Of a DNA stretch of 51,887 nt, positions 35,924 to 45,268 are shown one piece after another. Source of the DNA: Chitinophagales bacterium (lineage in GTDB: Bacteria; Bacteroidota; Bacteroidia; Chitinophagales; LD1); the NCBI GenBank assembly GCA_044360745.1, contig JBIKJU010000001.1:1-51887 (forward strand), given 5' to 3'. The translations under genes and the position numbers were made by a program. Numbering within the stretch: position 1 is the stretch's first letter; every line of letters starts with the position of its first letter. Below the pieces are notes generated by a model that saw nothing but the letters and a program-made list of their open reading frames with translations, ran no database searches and had not been told where the DNA came from.

Positions 35924-36958
35924 TTATGGTTTATATTTTGCTTTTGAAATGATTGTTTTTGTATCTGCTTTTTCTAATAAATCTTTCAATGAAATCTTTC
36001 CTGAATTGTCTCTCATATATTTTCTCACTATTTGCCAACCCACCCAAGCACCCATTTTCCCCGGAGATTCAGGTGGCATGCCATTAGTAGTTGGTCCATC
36101 GGAAGTGTATCGTTTTTGCTCAAGCAAATTAGTAGTGTACAACAAATCTTTTTCGTTCATAAACTTCCAAATTTGCTTCTCACTTACTTTGCACCAATTG
36201 AGTTGGCTTTGGGTATAGCCAATTAAAAGAGAATCAGTTTTTTGTGGCATCATACACTCCATAAAGTATAACTTTTTTCCTTCCTCTACCATAGCTTCTA
36301 TAAGTGTAGCACTAGGTCCAGACTTTGCTCCAAAATAAAGACTATACATTACTTCTACGCAATTTGGCACTATATACTCTCTTTTCAATTTTCGAGTTAA
36401 ATAGTCGGGTATATCAAAACTTTTATAAAACGGATATTGTGGGCCGAGGTACATATCTAAACCTACGACCAACGTACTGTCATCATAGGTCATGGCACCG
36501 TAACTAAATTCACCAATGATAGTATAGGCTTTAGTTAGTTTTTTGTTTGGGAAATAAAATTGTAGATGCTTATTCACATCATCTAAATCCTTTTTTAAAA
36601 ATTCGAGATTGGGATAATATTTCTCTACTGTATCATACAAACCCTTAATAGCATCATTCTGAGTAAAAGAGACCACAGGCGTTACCAAATCATTCGTATC
36701 CTTGCTCCCTTCATAAAATCCCATAATTTCATTGACAAAATCGGAATAAAAAAATCCATACTTACTATTAAGTTTTGGATTGACTGCATTGAAATTAGCT
36801 GCATTGAGTTGATGAAATTCTGTGTGAAAAGGGACTACCTGCACATCAGAATTTATTTTTGACACATCTACATTCTTATAACTATCTGGATTTGTACAAG
36901 AAGATAAAATGGCAAAACAGATTGCAAGAAAGTAAATTGATTTTTTATGATTTAGCAT
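35924..36958 (-). CDS. gldB: Gliding motility lipoprotein GldB
   Basis: Lipobox ILSSC. The C-terminal block IGYTQSQLNWC...IWKFMNEKDLLY...PGKMGAWVGWQIVRKYMRDN...ISKAKYKP closely matches GldB as I remember it from Flavobacterium johnsoniae. Confidence 0.85.
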   Translation of the reverse strand: MLNHKKSIYFLAICFAILSSCTNPDSYKNVDVSKINSDVQVVPFHTEFHQLNAANFNAVNPKLNSKYGFFYSDFVNEIMGFYEGSKDTNDLVTPVVSFTQNDAIKGLYDTVEKYYPNLEFLKKDLDDVNKHLQFYFPNKKLTKAYTIIGEFSYGAMTYDDSTLVVGLDMYLGPQYPFYKSFDIPDYLTRKLKREYIVPNCVEVMYSLYFGAKSGPSATLIEAMVEEGKKLYFMECMMPQKTDSLLIGYTQSQLNWCKVSEKQIWKFMNEKDLLYTTNLLEQKRYTSDGPTTNGMPPESPGKMGAWVGWQIVRKYMRDNSGKISLKDLLEKADTKTIISKAKYKP

Positions 36959-38426
36959 AGGTGTTTAAAACGTTAATCAGTGGTTTAATTTTAAAAATAG
37001 ATACAAAAAAGATAGCTAATAGACTAAGCCCGACTTTCCAAATATAAGTATTTATACTCAAGTATTGAGGTGTGTATATACTGACAATCCAAAAGCCAAT
37101 ACAGCTAAGAATATAGAATGTAATAATTGATATTTTATATTGTATTGGAAAATACTTTTTTCCAAGAAAGTAAGAAACCATAGCCATTAAACTATAGCAA
37201 ATCAAAGTAGCCCAAGCAGCTCCTTCATAACCAAATAAAGGAACTAAAATAAAAAGTAATATTACTGTTAATACAGCTCCTAGAATGGCGACAACAGCTC
37301 CAAGCTTTGTTTTGTCAGTAAGCTTATACCAAATAGATAAGTTAACATACATACCTAACATGATATTGGCTAAAAGCAATATGGGGACTATAAACAAGCC
37401 CTCTCTAAAATCCTCACCTACAAACAAACCAAATTCTTCTTTAAAAATAGTCACTACTAAAAAAATCAGACTGCAAAACCACACAAACCAATCCATTACA
37501 TCAGCATACACTTTTCTATCATCCGATTTTGATGCAATAGAAAAAAAGAAAGGTTCTGCTGCAAATCTGAAAGCTTGAATAAACAAACTCATCACTATAC
37601 TAATTTTGTAGCAAGCGCTATAAATACCTAAAGTTGCTAAATTATCGGTAGGTGTGCCAGGCAGCAAAAACTTCATCACACTTCTATCCAACATTTCATT
37701 CACTATGCCCGCAAATCCTATAACAACCAATGGCAATGAATACATCAACATTTCTTTTATCAAACTTCTGTTGAATATCATTCCTACTTGAACAAAAATA
37801 TCGCTCAATAAAATCAACTTAACAAATGATGCAATGAGATTGGCAATAAAAATATAACCCACTCCAATTTGTGGGTTATAAATAAAAGAGAACAAAGAAT
37901 TTTCGCCCCTCTCAAAACTAAACTTGGCATAAATAAATAGTAGATTCAATCCAATATTGACTAAAATTTCAACTAGTTTTACAAAAGCAAATCGTGAAGG
38001 GCGCTCTTCTAATCGAAGTACAGCAAAAGGCACAGAACTCACAGCATCAATACCAATGATAAAAGCAAAAAAAGTAAAGAAATAATATACTTCTTCGTAG
38101 TGCATCATAGAAGCTATATATGGACTAGCTAGAGAAATAAGTGCAACAAAAAATAATGAAGAGAAAAATAAAAATGAAAGTGCTGTTGACTTTACTAATG
38201 CAGCATTTTCTTTTTTCGCAAAGCGGAAAATTGCCGTCTCCATACCAAAGGTCAACAAAACCATTAAAAATCCAGAATAAGCATAAAACTCAGAAATAAC
38301 ACCATACTCTGATGGTGTAAAAAAACGTGTATACAGTGGCACTAGTAGATAATTTAAAAATCTACCAACAATGCTACTAATACCATATACAGCCGTTTGC
38401 TTAGCGAGTTTTTTTATAGGGTTCAA
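36945..38426 (-). CDS. MOP/Wzx-family polysaccharide (oligosaccharide) flippase
   Basis: Many TM segments. The conserved N-terminal block is KKLAKQTAVYGISSIVGRFLNYLLVPLYTRFFTPSEYGV. There is no ATG upstream of this block. Candidate TTG starts lie at 38426 (M-NPIKKLAK, preferred) and at 38495 (track). The 38495 start would overlap the divergent MORN gene. Confidence 0.78.
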   Translation of the reverse strand: MNPIKKLAKQTAVYGISSIVGRFLNYLLVPLYTRFFTPSEYGVISEFYAYSGFLMVLLTFGMETAIFRFAKKENAALVKSTALSFLFFSSLFFVALISLASPYIASMMHYEEVYYFFTFFAFIIGIDAVSSVPFAVLRLEERPSRFAFVKLVEILVNIGLNLLFIYAKFSFERGENSLFSFIYNPQIGVGYIFIANLIASFVKLILLSDIFVQVGMIFNRSLIKEMLMYSLPLVVIGFAGIVNEMLDRSVMKFLLPGTPTDNLATLGIYSACYKISIVMSLFIQAFRFAAEPFFFSIASKSDDRKVYADVMDWFVWFCSLIFLVVTIFKEEFGLFVGEDFREGLFIVPILLLANIMLGMYVNLSIWYKLTDKTKLGAVVAILGAVLTVILLFILVPLFGYEGAAWATLICYSLMAMVSYFLGKKYFPIQYKISIITFYILSCIGFWIVSIYTPQYLSINTYIWKVGLSLLAIFFVSIFKIKPLINVLNTYAKS

Positions 38427-38483
38427 AAATGAAAATAACTTTAGTGGTAATATTACGTATAAAAAGTAAAATATGAAATACCA

Positions 38484-39353
38484 ATGCAACAGCAAAACTA
38501 CTTAACTAAGATAAACGCCTTCGTATTTTCATTGGTTTGTTGCCTTATGCTTCAAAAAGCTATAGCTCAAATGCCCCATCAGAGCAATAATGAAATGCAA
38601 AATATATCTTACATCAATGGAAAATATGAAGGTAAGCACGATGCAGATGGCAAACGAAATGGATTTGGAAAAGCTAAAATTACCGAATCTAGCTACTATG
38701 AAGGATACTGGAAAAATGACATGCGAGAAAGCAAAGGGCTTTGTATTTACCCAAATGACGATAGATATGATGGATACTGGACCTTCGATAAACGAAACGG
38801 GAAAGGAACTTATTACTTTGCTAGTGGAGACAAATACGCTGGTGATTTTTTAGACGACCAAATGCATGGAAAAGGAATTTACTTTTATAAAAATGGAGAC
38901 AAATACGAGGGGCAATTTGAATTTGGAAAAATCAGCGGAAAAGGAATTTGCTATTTCAACAATGGCGAAAGATATGAAGGGGTATATATAAACGGTAAAA
39001 GAAAAGGCCCAGGTAAATACTACTACAAGGATGGCAAAGTGTACGAAGGAATGTTTGCTGAAGATTCGAAAATAGGATTGGGCATCATGTATTTCCCTGA
39101 TGGGTCAAAATATGCTGGAGAGTTTATAAACAACAAACGAACAGGCAAAGGGAGTTTCATTTTCCCAAATGGTGACTACTATGAGGGCGATTTTATGAAT
39201 GGTAAAATGGAAGGAAAGGGAGTATTTCATTGGTCAGATGGAAGTAGATATGAAGGCTACTTTAAAGACAATAAAAGAGATGGCGAAGGCACTCTAATTA
39301 AAGACGATGAAGCAACTGCAAAGAAATATATTATGGGAATAGAGGAGAAATAG
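38484..39353 (+). CDS. Secreted MORN-repeat protein (about 10 repeats)
   Basis: Signal peptide (FVFSLVCCLMLQKAIAQ) followed by back-to-back 23-aa repeats of the form YEGxWxNxKxxGKGxxxY. Confidence 0.85.
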   Translation: MQQQNYLTKINAFVFSLVCCLMLQKAIAQMPHQSNNEMQNISYINGKYEGKHDADGKRNGFGKAKITESSYYEGYWKNDMRESKGLCIYPNDDRYDGYWTFDKRNGKGTYYFASGDKYAGDFLDDQMHGKGIYFYKNGDKYEGQFEFGKISGKGICYFNNGERYEGVYINGKRKGPGKYYYKDGKVYEGMFAEDSKIGLGIMYFPDGSKYAGEFINNKRTGKGSFIFPNGDYYEGDFMNGKMEGKGVFHWSDGSRYEGYFKDNKRDGEGTLIKDDEATAKKYIMGIEEK

Positions 39354-39389
39354 TAAACAAATTTCTACTTTATTTATATTTTCGTGTTT

Positions 39390-40178
39390 ATGTCTACAAC
39401 CTTCTATTCTCTCATTTTAGTTTTTTTATTTTCGATTTCGGCTCTTGCTCAATCCCTTGATTCTACTTCAAGATATTTGCAATCGGATAGCTTGATTTTT
39501 GTTTCTCAAAAATATACAGACAGTACTTTCTATGAAGGATTCACTCGCTATGGTAAAAAGCATGGCAAAGGCACATACAATGCAAAAGATGGTTCTATAT
39601 ATTCTGGAGATTGGGTAGATGGCAAGCAACATGGTGAAGGAAAAATCACTCTTCCAAGTGGAGATTGGTATGAAGGAGAGTTTGAACAAGGTGTAGTAAA
39701 CGGCAATGGAGAATATCATTATGTGAGAGGCGAAATCTATGTTGGTACGTTTAAAAATGGTTTACTAGATGGCAAAGGTGTCTATTCTTTCAAAAATGGA
39801 GATCGCTATGATGGAGAATACAAAAATGGCCAACGTCACGGAATGGGAACGTATTTTTACAAAGACGGAAGGGTCTATGAAGGTAGTTTTAGATTCAATA
39901 AAAAAGAGGGCATAGGAACTATGAGGTTTCCTGCAGGCGATAAATATGTAGGCGATTTCAAAAATAATGTTCGATCAGGATTAGGCATAATTTATTATAT
40001 TTCTGGAGATCGATTTGAAGGTAGTTTTTTAAATAATAAAATGAATGGCAAAGGTACATTGTTTTATAAAGACGGTACTAAGCTCATTGGTACTTGGAAA
40101 AATGATATACAATATGGTACCGGTGAACTTATAGACCTCAAAGGCAATAAAAAACCTGTGACATTTCAAACTAACTAA
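39390..40178 (+). CDS. Secreted MORN-repeat protein (about 9 repeats), tandem paralogue
   Basis: Signal peptide MSTTFYSLILVFLFSISALAQ (ATG 39390; the track start 39384 is GTG). Same 23-aa repeat as the upstream gene. Confidence 0.85.
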   Translation: MSTTFYSLILVFLFSISALAQSLDSTSRYLQSDSLIFVSQKYTDSTFYEGFTRYGKKHGKGTYNAKDGSIYSGDWVDGKQHGEGKITLPSGDWYEGEFEQGVVNGNGEYHYVRGEIYVGTFKNGLLDGKGVYSFKNGDRYDGEYKNGQRHGMGTYFYKDGRVYEGSFRFNKKEGIGTMRFPAGDKYVGDFKNNVRSGLGIIYYISGDRFEGSFLNNKMNGKGTLFYKDGTKLIGTWKNDIQYGTGELIDLKGNKKPVTFQTN

Positions 40179-40775
40179 ATGTTAAGGCGAGCCTACCAAT
40201 CCGAAAAAATAGAAGCTGGTTGTGATGAAGCTGGCAGGGGCTGTTTAGCTGGTCCGGTGTTTGCAGCAGCTGTGATTTTAGGTGACACGTTTCATCATCC
40301 TTTACTCAATGACTCTAAAAAAATATCGAAAAAAAATAGAGACGAGCTTCGCGACTATATCGAAAAAAATGCTCTAGCTTATGCTGTAGCTAAAGTAGAT
40401 GCCGAAGAAATAGATCGTATCAATATTCTCAATGCATCTATAAAAGCTATGCATCTTGCTATCGAAAAACTAAACGCACGTCCAGAGTTTTTAATCATTG
40501 ATGGCAACAGATTTAAACCCTATCAAGATATTGCGCACAAAACAATAGTTCAGGGTGATGCCCTATACCAATCTATCGCTGCGGCCTCTATCTTAGCCAA
40601 AACTTATCGAGACGAATACATGGATAATCTTCACATAGAACACCCTCAATATCATTGGTTAAAAAACAAAGGTTATGCCACTTTAGTGCACAGAAAAGCC
40701 ATTAAAGAATTTGGATTATGTCCATGGCATAGAAAATCATTTAGGCTAAAAGAATTAGATCTGACATTGTTTTAA
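40179..40775 (+). CDS. rnhB: Ribonuclease HII
   Basis: 198 aa. AGCDEAGRGCLAGPV (DEAGRG) and DSKK motifs. The ATG directly follows the MORN gene stop. Confidence 0.93.
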   Translation: MLRRAYQSEKIEAGCDEAGRGCLAGPVFAAAVILGDTFHHPLLNDSKKISKKNRDELRDYIEKNALAYAVAKVDAEEIDRINILNASIKAMHLAIEKLNARPEFLIIDGNRFKPYQDIAHKTIVQGDALYQSIAAASILAKTYRDEYMDNLHIEHPQYHWLKNKGYATLVHRKAIKEFGLCPWHRKSFRLKELDLTLF

Positions 40776-40783
40776 TGACACTT

Positions 40784-41131
40784 CTATTGAAATCTTGACT
40801 TCATTACCCAAGCTATAGACGTTGCTCGCTGTTTAGTAAAATCGGCTCGCTCACCCTCAAAGAAAGCATCAATAGTTTGATGAAAAATAGATAACCACAC
40901 ATCTACCTCATTGGGTTTGATATCTAAATGAGAATGAGCCTCTAGCATATTGCTTTTATAGCCCATTTCGTCTAAAACAATAAAACTCCAAAACGAAATC
41001 ATTCTTGGTAAATGCCTCTCCCAATCTAAGCCTTCAAAATGTCGACTTAATGTTTTATGATTTGCTGCGACTTTATAAAATTCATTCACTAACACTTCTA
41101 TGTCTTGCTTAGAATTGATGTCAGTTTTCAT
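40784..41131 (-). CDS. Group III truncated hemoglobin-like protein
   Basis: 115 aa. The pattern VNEFYKV..., ...FWSFIVLDE..., AHSHLDIKPNEVDVWLSIFHQTIDAFFEGE matches the short globin-like proteins annotated this way in Bacteroidota (from memory). Confidence 0.65.
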   Translation of the reverse strand: MKTDINSKQDIEVLVNEFYKVAANHKTLSRHFEGLDWERHLPRMISFWSFIVLDEMGYKSNMLEAHSHLDIKPNEVDVWLSIFHQTIDAFFEGERADFTKQRATSIAWVMKSRFQ

Positions 41132-41877
41132 TTTCGTTGTCTATTGATTTCATACAAAAATACACCAGCACTCACAGATACATTGAGAGAGTCTGTGCTA
41201 CCGCTCATAGGAATACTAACAAGTTTGTCGCAATGTTTTTTAACTACATTGGCTATTCCATCTCCTTCAGCTCCCATTACTATGGCTAGAGGTTCTTTCA
41301 GATCAAGCGTTTCTACTGTTGTAGATTCTGTAGATTCTGCACCATAAATTTTAAGGCCATGTGCTCTAAGTATTTTTATGGCAGAGAGTAAACTTTGCTC
41401 CCTGCATACAGGAATTTTAGTCAAAGCTCCAGCGGATATTTTAAGTGCTACAGCATTTACTGGTGCAGCATTAGCGTATTGCAAGACTATACCATGTGCA
41501 CCAAAACACTCTGCAGAACGAGCTATAGCCGCAAAATTATGTACATCAGTAATTCCATCAAGCACCACTACCAAAGCTGGTTCATTTCTCGACTCTGCTA
41601 TACCTAAAATATCTTCTATAGTTTTATAGTCTATTAAAGAAATAAATCCCATGATTCCCTGATGATTAGCGTCTCTCACTTTGCTTTTATACAATATGTC
41701 TTGTAGCTTTTCTTTAGGTACTTCTTGGCAGGCTATTTTTGAAGCCTTGGCGCTAGATACTATGGCATTTATTTCATCAGATTTCAAGTTGGCTTGATAA
41801 AATATTTTCTCAAATCGCATTCCCGAATCTATCGCATCCGCTATGGGTTTTCGCCCAAAAATCAACTGGTCTTCCAT
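41128..41877 (-). CDS. rlmB: SpoU/TrmH-class 23S rRNA (guanosine-2'-O)-methyltransferase RlmB
   Basis: 249 aa. An N-terminal substrate-binding domain plus SPOUT motifs: LVVVLDGITDVHNFAAIARSAECFG, LAIVMGAEGDGI, IPMSGSTDSLNVSVSAGVFLYE. Confidence 0.85.
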   Translation of the reverse strand: MEDQLIFGRKPIADAIDSGMRFEKIFYQANLKSDEINAIVSSAKASKIACQEVPKEKLQDILYKSKVRDANHQGIMGFISLIDYKTIEDILGIAESRNEPALVVVLDGITDVHNFAAIARSAECFGAHGIVLQYANAAPVNAVALKISAGALTKIPVCREQSLLSAIKILRAHGLKIYGAESTESTTVETLDLKEPLAIVMGAEGDGIANVVKKHCDKLVSIPMSGSTDSLNVSVSAGVFLYEINRQRK

Positions 41878-41919
41878 ATTTGCATTTTTGAGATTTAAAG
41901 CAAAATCTCATGTTATCTA

Positions 41920-44900
41920 TTATTGTACTTCAGGCATTCCTTCAGTGAACGAAAGTTGAGCAGCTTTAAACTCATTTTCTAATTTTGTTGCAAACTCAGG
42001 ATCATATTTTTTAGCACCAAAAGCTAATTGTTGCAATACATACAACTGCTCTTGTATAGGTCTATTTTGAGTAAATCCGCCTTGTTGCAATTGACTAATA
42101 TATGCTCTATCCCCTCTGCTTTTTGCACTTTCCAATTCTTTCTTGTACGCACGTTGCCAATACCCTAGTTCATCTTTGGCTTTTAATAAAATGTAATCAG
42201 CTAATTTTCGTCCTTTGTCCATTTGTCCTGCTGCGAAATAGTATTCTGGATACGCTGACACAAAAATGTTAAATGGCACTCTATCATCTGGCATCATTTT
42301 CAAGGCATAGTCTATAACTTCTGCTGCTTTTTGAGGTTGTTGTTTTTCTAAAAACGATTCAGCTAAACGTGCATAATTGCCTCTGATGTTCATAAACATT
42401 CTCAATACAGTCTCATCTAAATATAGATTGTCATGTTTTTCAACTCCGCCAAATTTAAATTTGGTCATCATGTTTTTAAAGGCTAAATCGGCACGAATTG
42501 GAGCATTAGAGTGGCCTGTAGCCCCTGACTCGCGTGGTACTATTCTATAAGTCAAACCTTCTAGTTGAAAATATTTATCCATTCCTAAATAAGCCTCTGA
42601 ACTAACCGATACTGCAAAGTAGATCGGTCTATCAGCAATATTATTCGCTACAATATCTAAAGTTATTAAGTCATTTTTAAGTAACTGTGAGTTACCAATT
42701 TGCCAATTCATACGAGGTGTAAATTGAGCCATATCCTCATTTGATAGCATATTCATTTTGACAGCAGTAGTACTATCAATGTCTAAATAAAAATTCTTAG
42801 TAGGCAAAAAGTTATCAAACTCACCTTGTCCAGAACTCACTTTATTTCGCTGGTCTTCAGATGCTATAAATTGCATTACTTTTTTCAAATCAAGAGGTGT
42901 ATTTTCAGGAATGCCAGGTGCAGGTGCATATCTAACCACATCACGCTTGCTAGCTGTAATTTGATCATCAGTAAAGGAAATTTTTACTGGAGCCGCATCA
43001 TTAGATTTAAATTTTAGTTGCTTGATATACCAATCTACTCCTAACAATGATAAATTTATAACACGCACATCTGTCCTTATACCCTCTACTTCTTGAGCAT
43101 ACCAAAGTGGATAAGTATCATTATCTCCCATAGTAAAGAGTATTGCATTAGGCTGACAAGATTCCAAATAACTTGTAGCTAAATCCTTGGCAGTTGTTCT
43201 ATTGTGTCTAGTATGGTCATCCCAACCTTGCGCTCCCATGAGTATTGGAGCGCTAACAGATAAAGCTAGCGCTACTCCAGCTGCAGGCACAGCTGCAATT
43301 TTTTTGCGTAAAAAATCCCAAATCGCTAATACTCCAAACCCAATCCAAAAACAGAACGTCCAGAATGATCCAGCCAATGCATAATCTCGCTCTCTAGGCT
43401 CTATAGGTGGTTCATTTTGATAAATAATTTGGAAAATTCCTGTGACTATAAATAATGTCAATATTTTTATAAAGACTTCTTCATTTCTATAAAGTGTAAA
43501 TATTAGTCCAATCAATCCAAGCAAGAAAGGAATCATATAAAATTTATTTCTTCCTTTATTGTTTTCAGCTTCTTTAGATAAGCCAGTCTGTGGATACTCT
43601 GGTGTAAAAAACAGACCTGAATTATCGATAAATGAAATTCCCGTAATCCATCGACCATTATCATTAGCATAGGTACCTTGTATATCGTCTTGTCTACCTG
43701 AAAAATTCCACATGAAATATCGGAAATACATATACCCTATTTGATACTTTAAGAAATACCAAATATTGTCACTCATTGATAAATTATCCTTCAATACATA
43801 TCTATTAGGCTCTTCGGCATTACGCTGTTGCACTATTTGATTTGCTTGAGCTCGTTGACCATAATCAAACGATTGTACAGTTTCCATTGTCTTCCTGTCT
43901 ATCAATTTTGCACCAGGTTGTATCCATGTCCTGTATCCGTCATGTTTTGATGTTTCTTGCCAAAATCCTAGTCGAGGAAAAATCATACAAGCTTCATCTC
44001 TAAAATCATAGTCAATTTTTTTGCCCGCAAACTCATACTTATCTTTCCCTTTGTAAAATCTGTCTCCAGTTTCTTTAGTGCCAGTGATATCCTCATATGT
44101 AGCTGTATAGTCTGGTCCATAAACTAACGGACGATCGCCATACTGCTCACGATCCACATAAGATTTAATACTAAATGGGTCAACAGGGGCATTCATATTT
44201 ATAGGAGTGTTTGCAGCCGAACGGATAGGAACCATCGCATATGATAAGTAACCTATGTAAACAAAAGCTGCAGCTATAAGTCCAAGATTAAGAAAATAGC
44301 GATTTGTTTTTTGAGAATAATAAATACCAAAAGAAAGTAATGCGATAAGAATCGCAAAGAATATAAACACACCGCTGTAAAATGGTAGCCCGAATGAATT
44401 GACAAAGAATTTATCAAAACCCGCCATAAAGGCTTGAGTATATGAAATCACAAATTTCATCGCAAAACCTAAAATCAGAAAGCCTGAGCCAACAGCAATA
44501 ACAAGGCCTAAGTGATTATACTTATGCTTCTTGAAATAATAGACTACTGCTATAAAAGGCAATGCCAGTAAGGATAGTAAGTGAACACCAATCGACAAGC
44601 CAACCATAAAGGCAATAAACAGAATCCAACGGTCAGCATAAATGCTTTCGCTTTCGTCCCATTTCAAAATAGCCCATACGATAATCGCCATAAAAAACTG
44701 CGACAAAGCATAAACCTCTCCCTCTACAGCCGAAAACCAAAGTGAATCTAAAAAAGTAGCTGCTGCTGCGGCAATTACACTTGCTCCAATAATAGCTATA
44801 GCTTCACTACTTGATAGAATTTCTCCTTTTTTTACAAACACTTTTTTAGCCAACATCACTACTGACCAATATAAAAACATGATAGATGCCGCAGTACTTA

Positions 44901-45153
44901 GAGCTGACATGAAATTGACCATCATAGCTACTTTCGTGACATCACCAAAAGCTAAAAGTGTAAACAAACGCCCCAACATCAAGAAGAATGGTGCTCCAGG
45001 TGCATGTACGACTTGAAGTTTCCAACAGCCAGACACAAACTCCCCACAATCCCAAAAACTACCGCTAGATTCCATAGTCATAGCATATACTACTGTAGCA
45101 AATAACAACACCCCAAATCCAACTATGGTGTTTATACGATTAAAATTTTGCAT
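41920..45153 (-). CDS. DUF2723-family (TMEM260-like, GT-C-type) large membrane glycosyltransferase candidate with a helical-repeat C-terminus
   Basis: 1077 aa. N-terminal SGSFWDCGEFVSGCWKLQVVHAPGAPFFLMLGRLF followed by about 11 or more TM segments. A second TM cluster mid-protein, then a soluble C-terminal domain. Confidence 0.75.
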   Translation of the reverse strand: MQNFNRINTIVGFGVLLFATVVYAMTMESSGSFWDCGEFVSGCWKLQVVHAPGAPFFLMLGRLFTLLAFGDVTKVAMMVNFMSALSTAASIMFLYWSVVMLAKKVFVKKGEILSSSEAIAIIGASVIAAAAATFLDSLWFSAVEGEVYALSQFFMAIIVWAILKWDESESIYADRWILFIAFMVGLSIGVHLLSLLALPFIAVVYYFKKHKYNHLGLVIAVGSGFLILGFAMKFVISYTQAFMAGFDKFFVNSFGLPFYSGVFIFFAILIALLSFGIYYSQKTNRYFLNLGLIAAAFVYIGYLSYAMVPIRSAANTPINMNAPVDPFSIKSYVDREQYGDRPLVYGPDYTATYEDITGTKETGDRFYKGKDKYEFAGKKIDYDFRDEACMIFPRLGFWQETSKHDGYRTWIQPGAKLIDRKTMETVQSFDYGQRAQANQIVQQRNAEEPNRYVLKDNLSMSDNIWYFLKYQIGYMYFRYFMWNFSGRQDDIQGTYANDNGRWITGISFIDNSGLFFTPEYPQTGLSKEAENNKGRNKFYMIPFLLGLIGLIFTLYRNEEVFIKILTLFIVTGIFQIIYQNEPPIEPRERDYALAGSFWTFCFWIGFGVLAIWDFLRKKIAAVPAAGVALALSVSAPILMGAQGWDDHTRHNRTTAKDLATSYLESCQPNAILFTMGDNDTYPLWYAQEVEGIRTDVRVINLSLLGVDWYIKQLKFKSNDAAPVKISFTDDQITASKRDVVRYAPAPGIPENTPLDLKKVMQFIASEDQRNKVSSGQGEFDNFLPTKNFYLDIDSTTAVKMNMLSNEDMAQFTPRMNWQIGNSQLLKNDLITLDIVANNIADRPIYFAVSVSSEAYLGMDKYFQLEGLTYRIVPRESGATGHSNAPIRADLAFKNMMTKFKFGGVEKHDNLYLDETVLRMFMNIRGNYARLAESFLEKQQPQKAAEVIDYALKMMPDDRVPFNIFVSAYPEYYFAAGQMDKGRKLADYILLKAKDELGYWQRAYKKELESAKSRGDRAYISQLQQGGFTQNRPIQEQLYVLQQLAFGAKKYDPEFATKLENEFKAAQLSFTEGMPEVQ

Positions 45154-45268
45154 AAATTTATTTTTGTCGAGGTGCTAAAATACATTTTTAGGCCGTAGCT
45201 CAAAGCATATTTAATATTGAGTTTGTCTATTTTTTGATTTTTGGCATAAAATTGGATTACTTGCAAGC

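Noticed and set aside
38590-38853. 87-aa alternative-frame plus-strand ORF inside the first MORN gene, and the 69-nt DNA periodicity across 38.6-40.1 kb.
   Set aside because: The periodicity is fully explained by the 23-aa MORN protein repeats. The alternative frame has no features. It is not a CRISPR array or a satellite.
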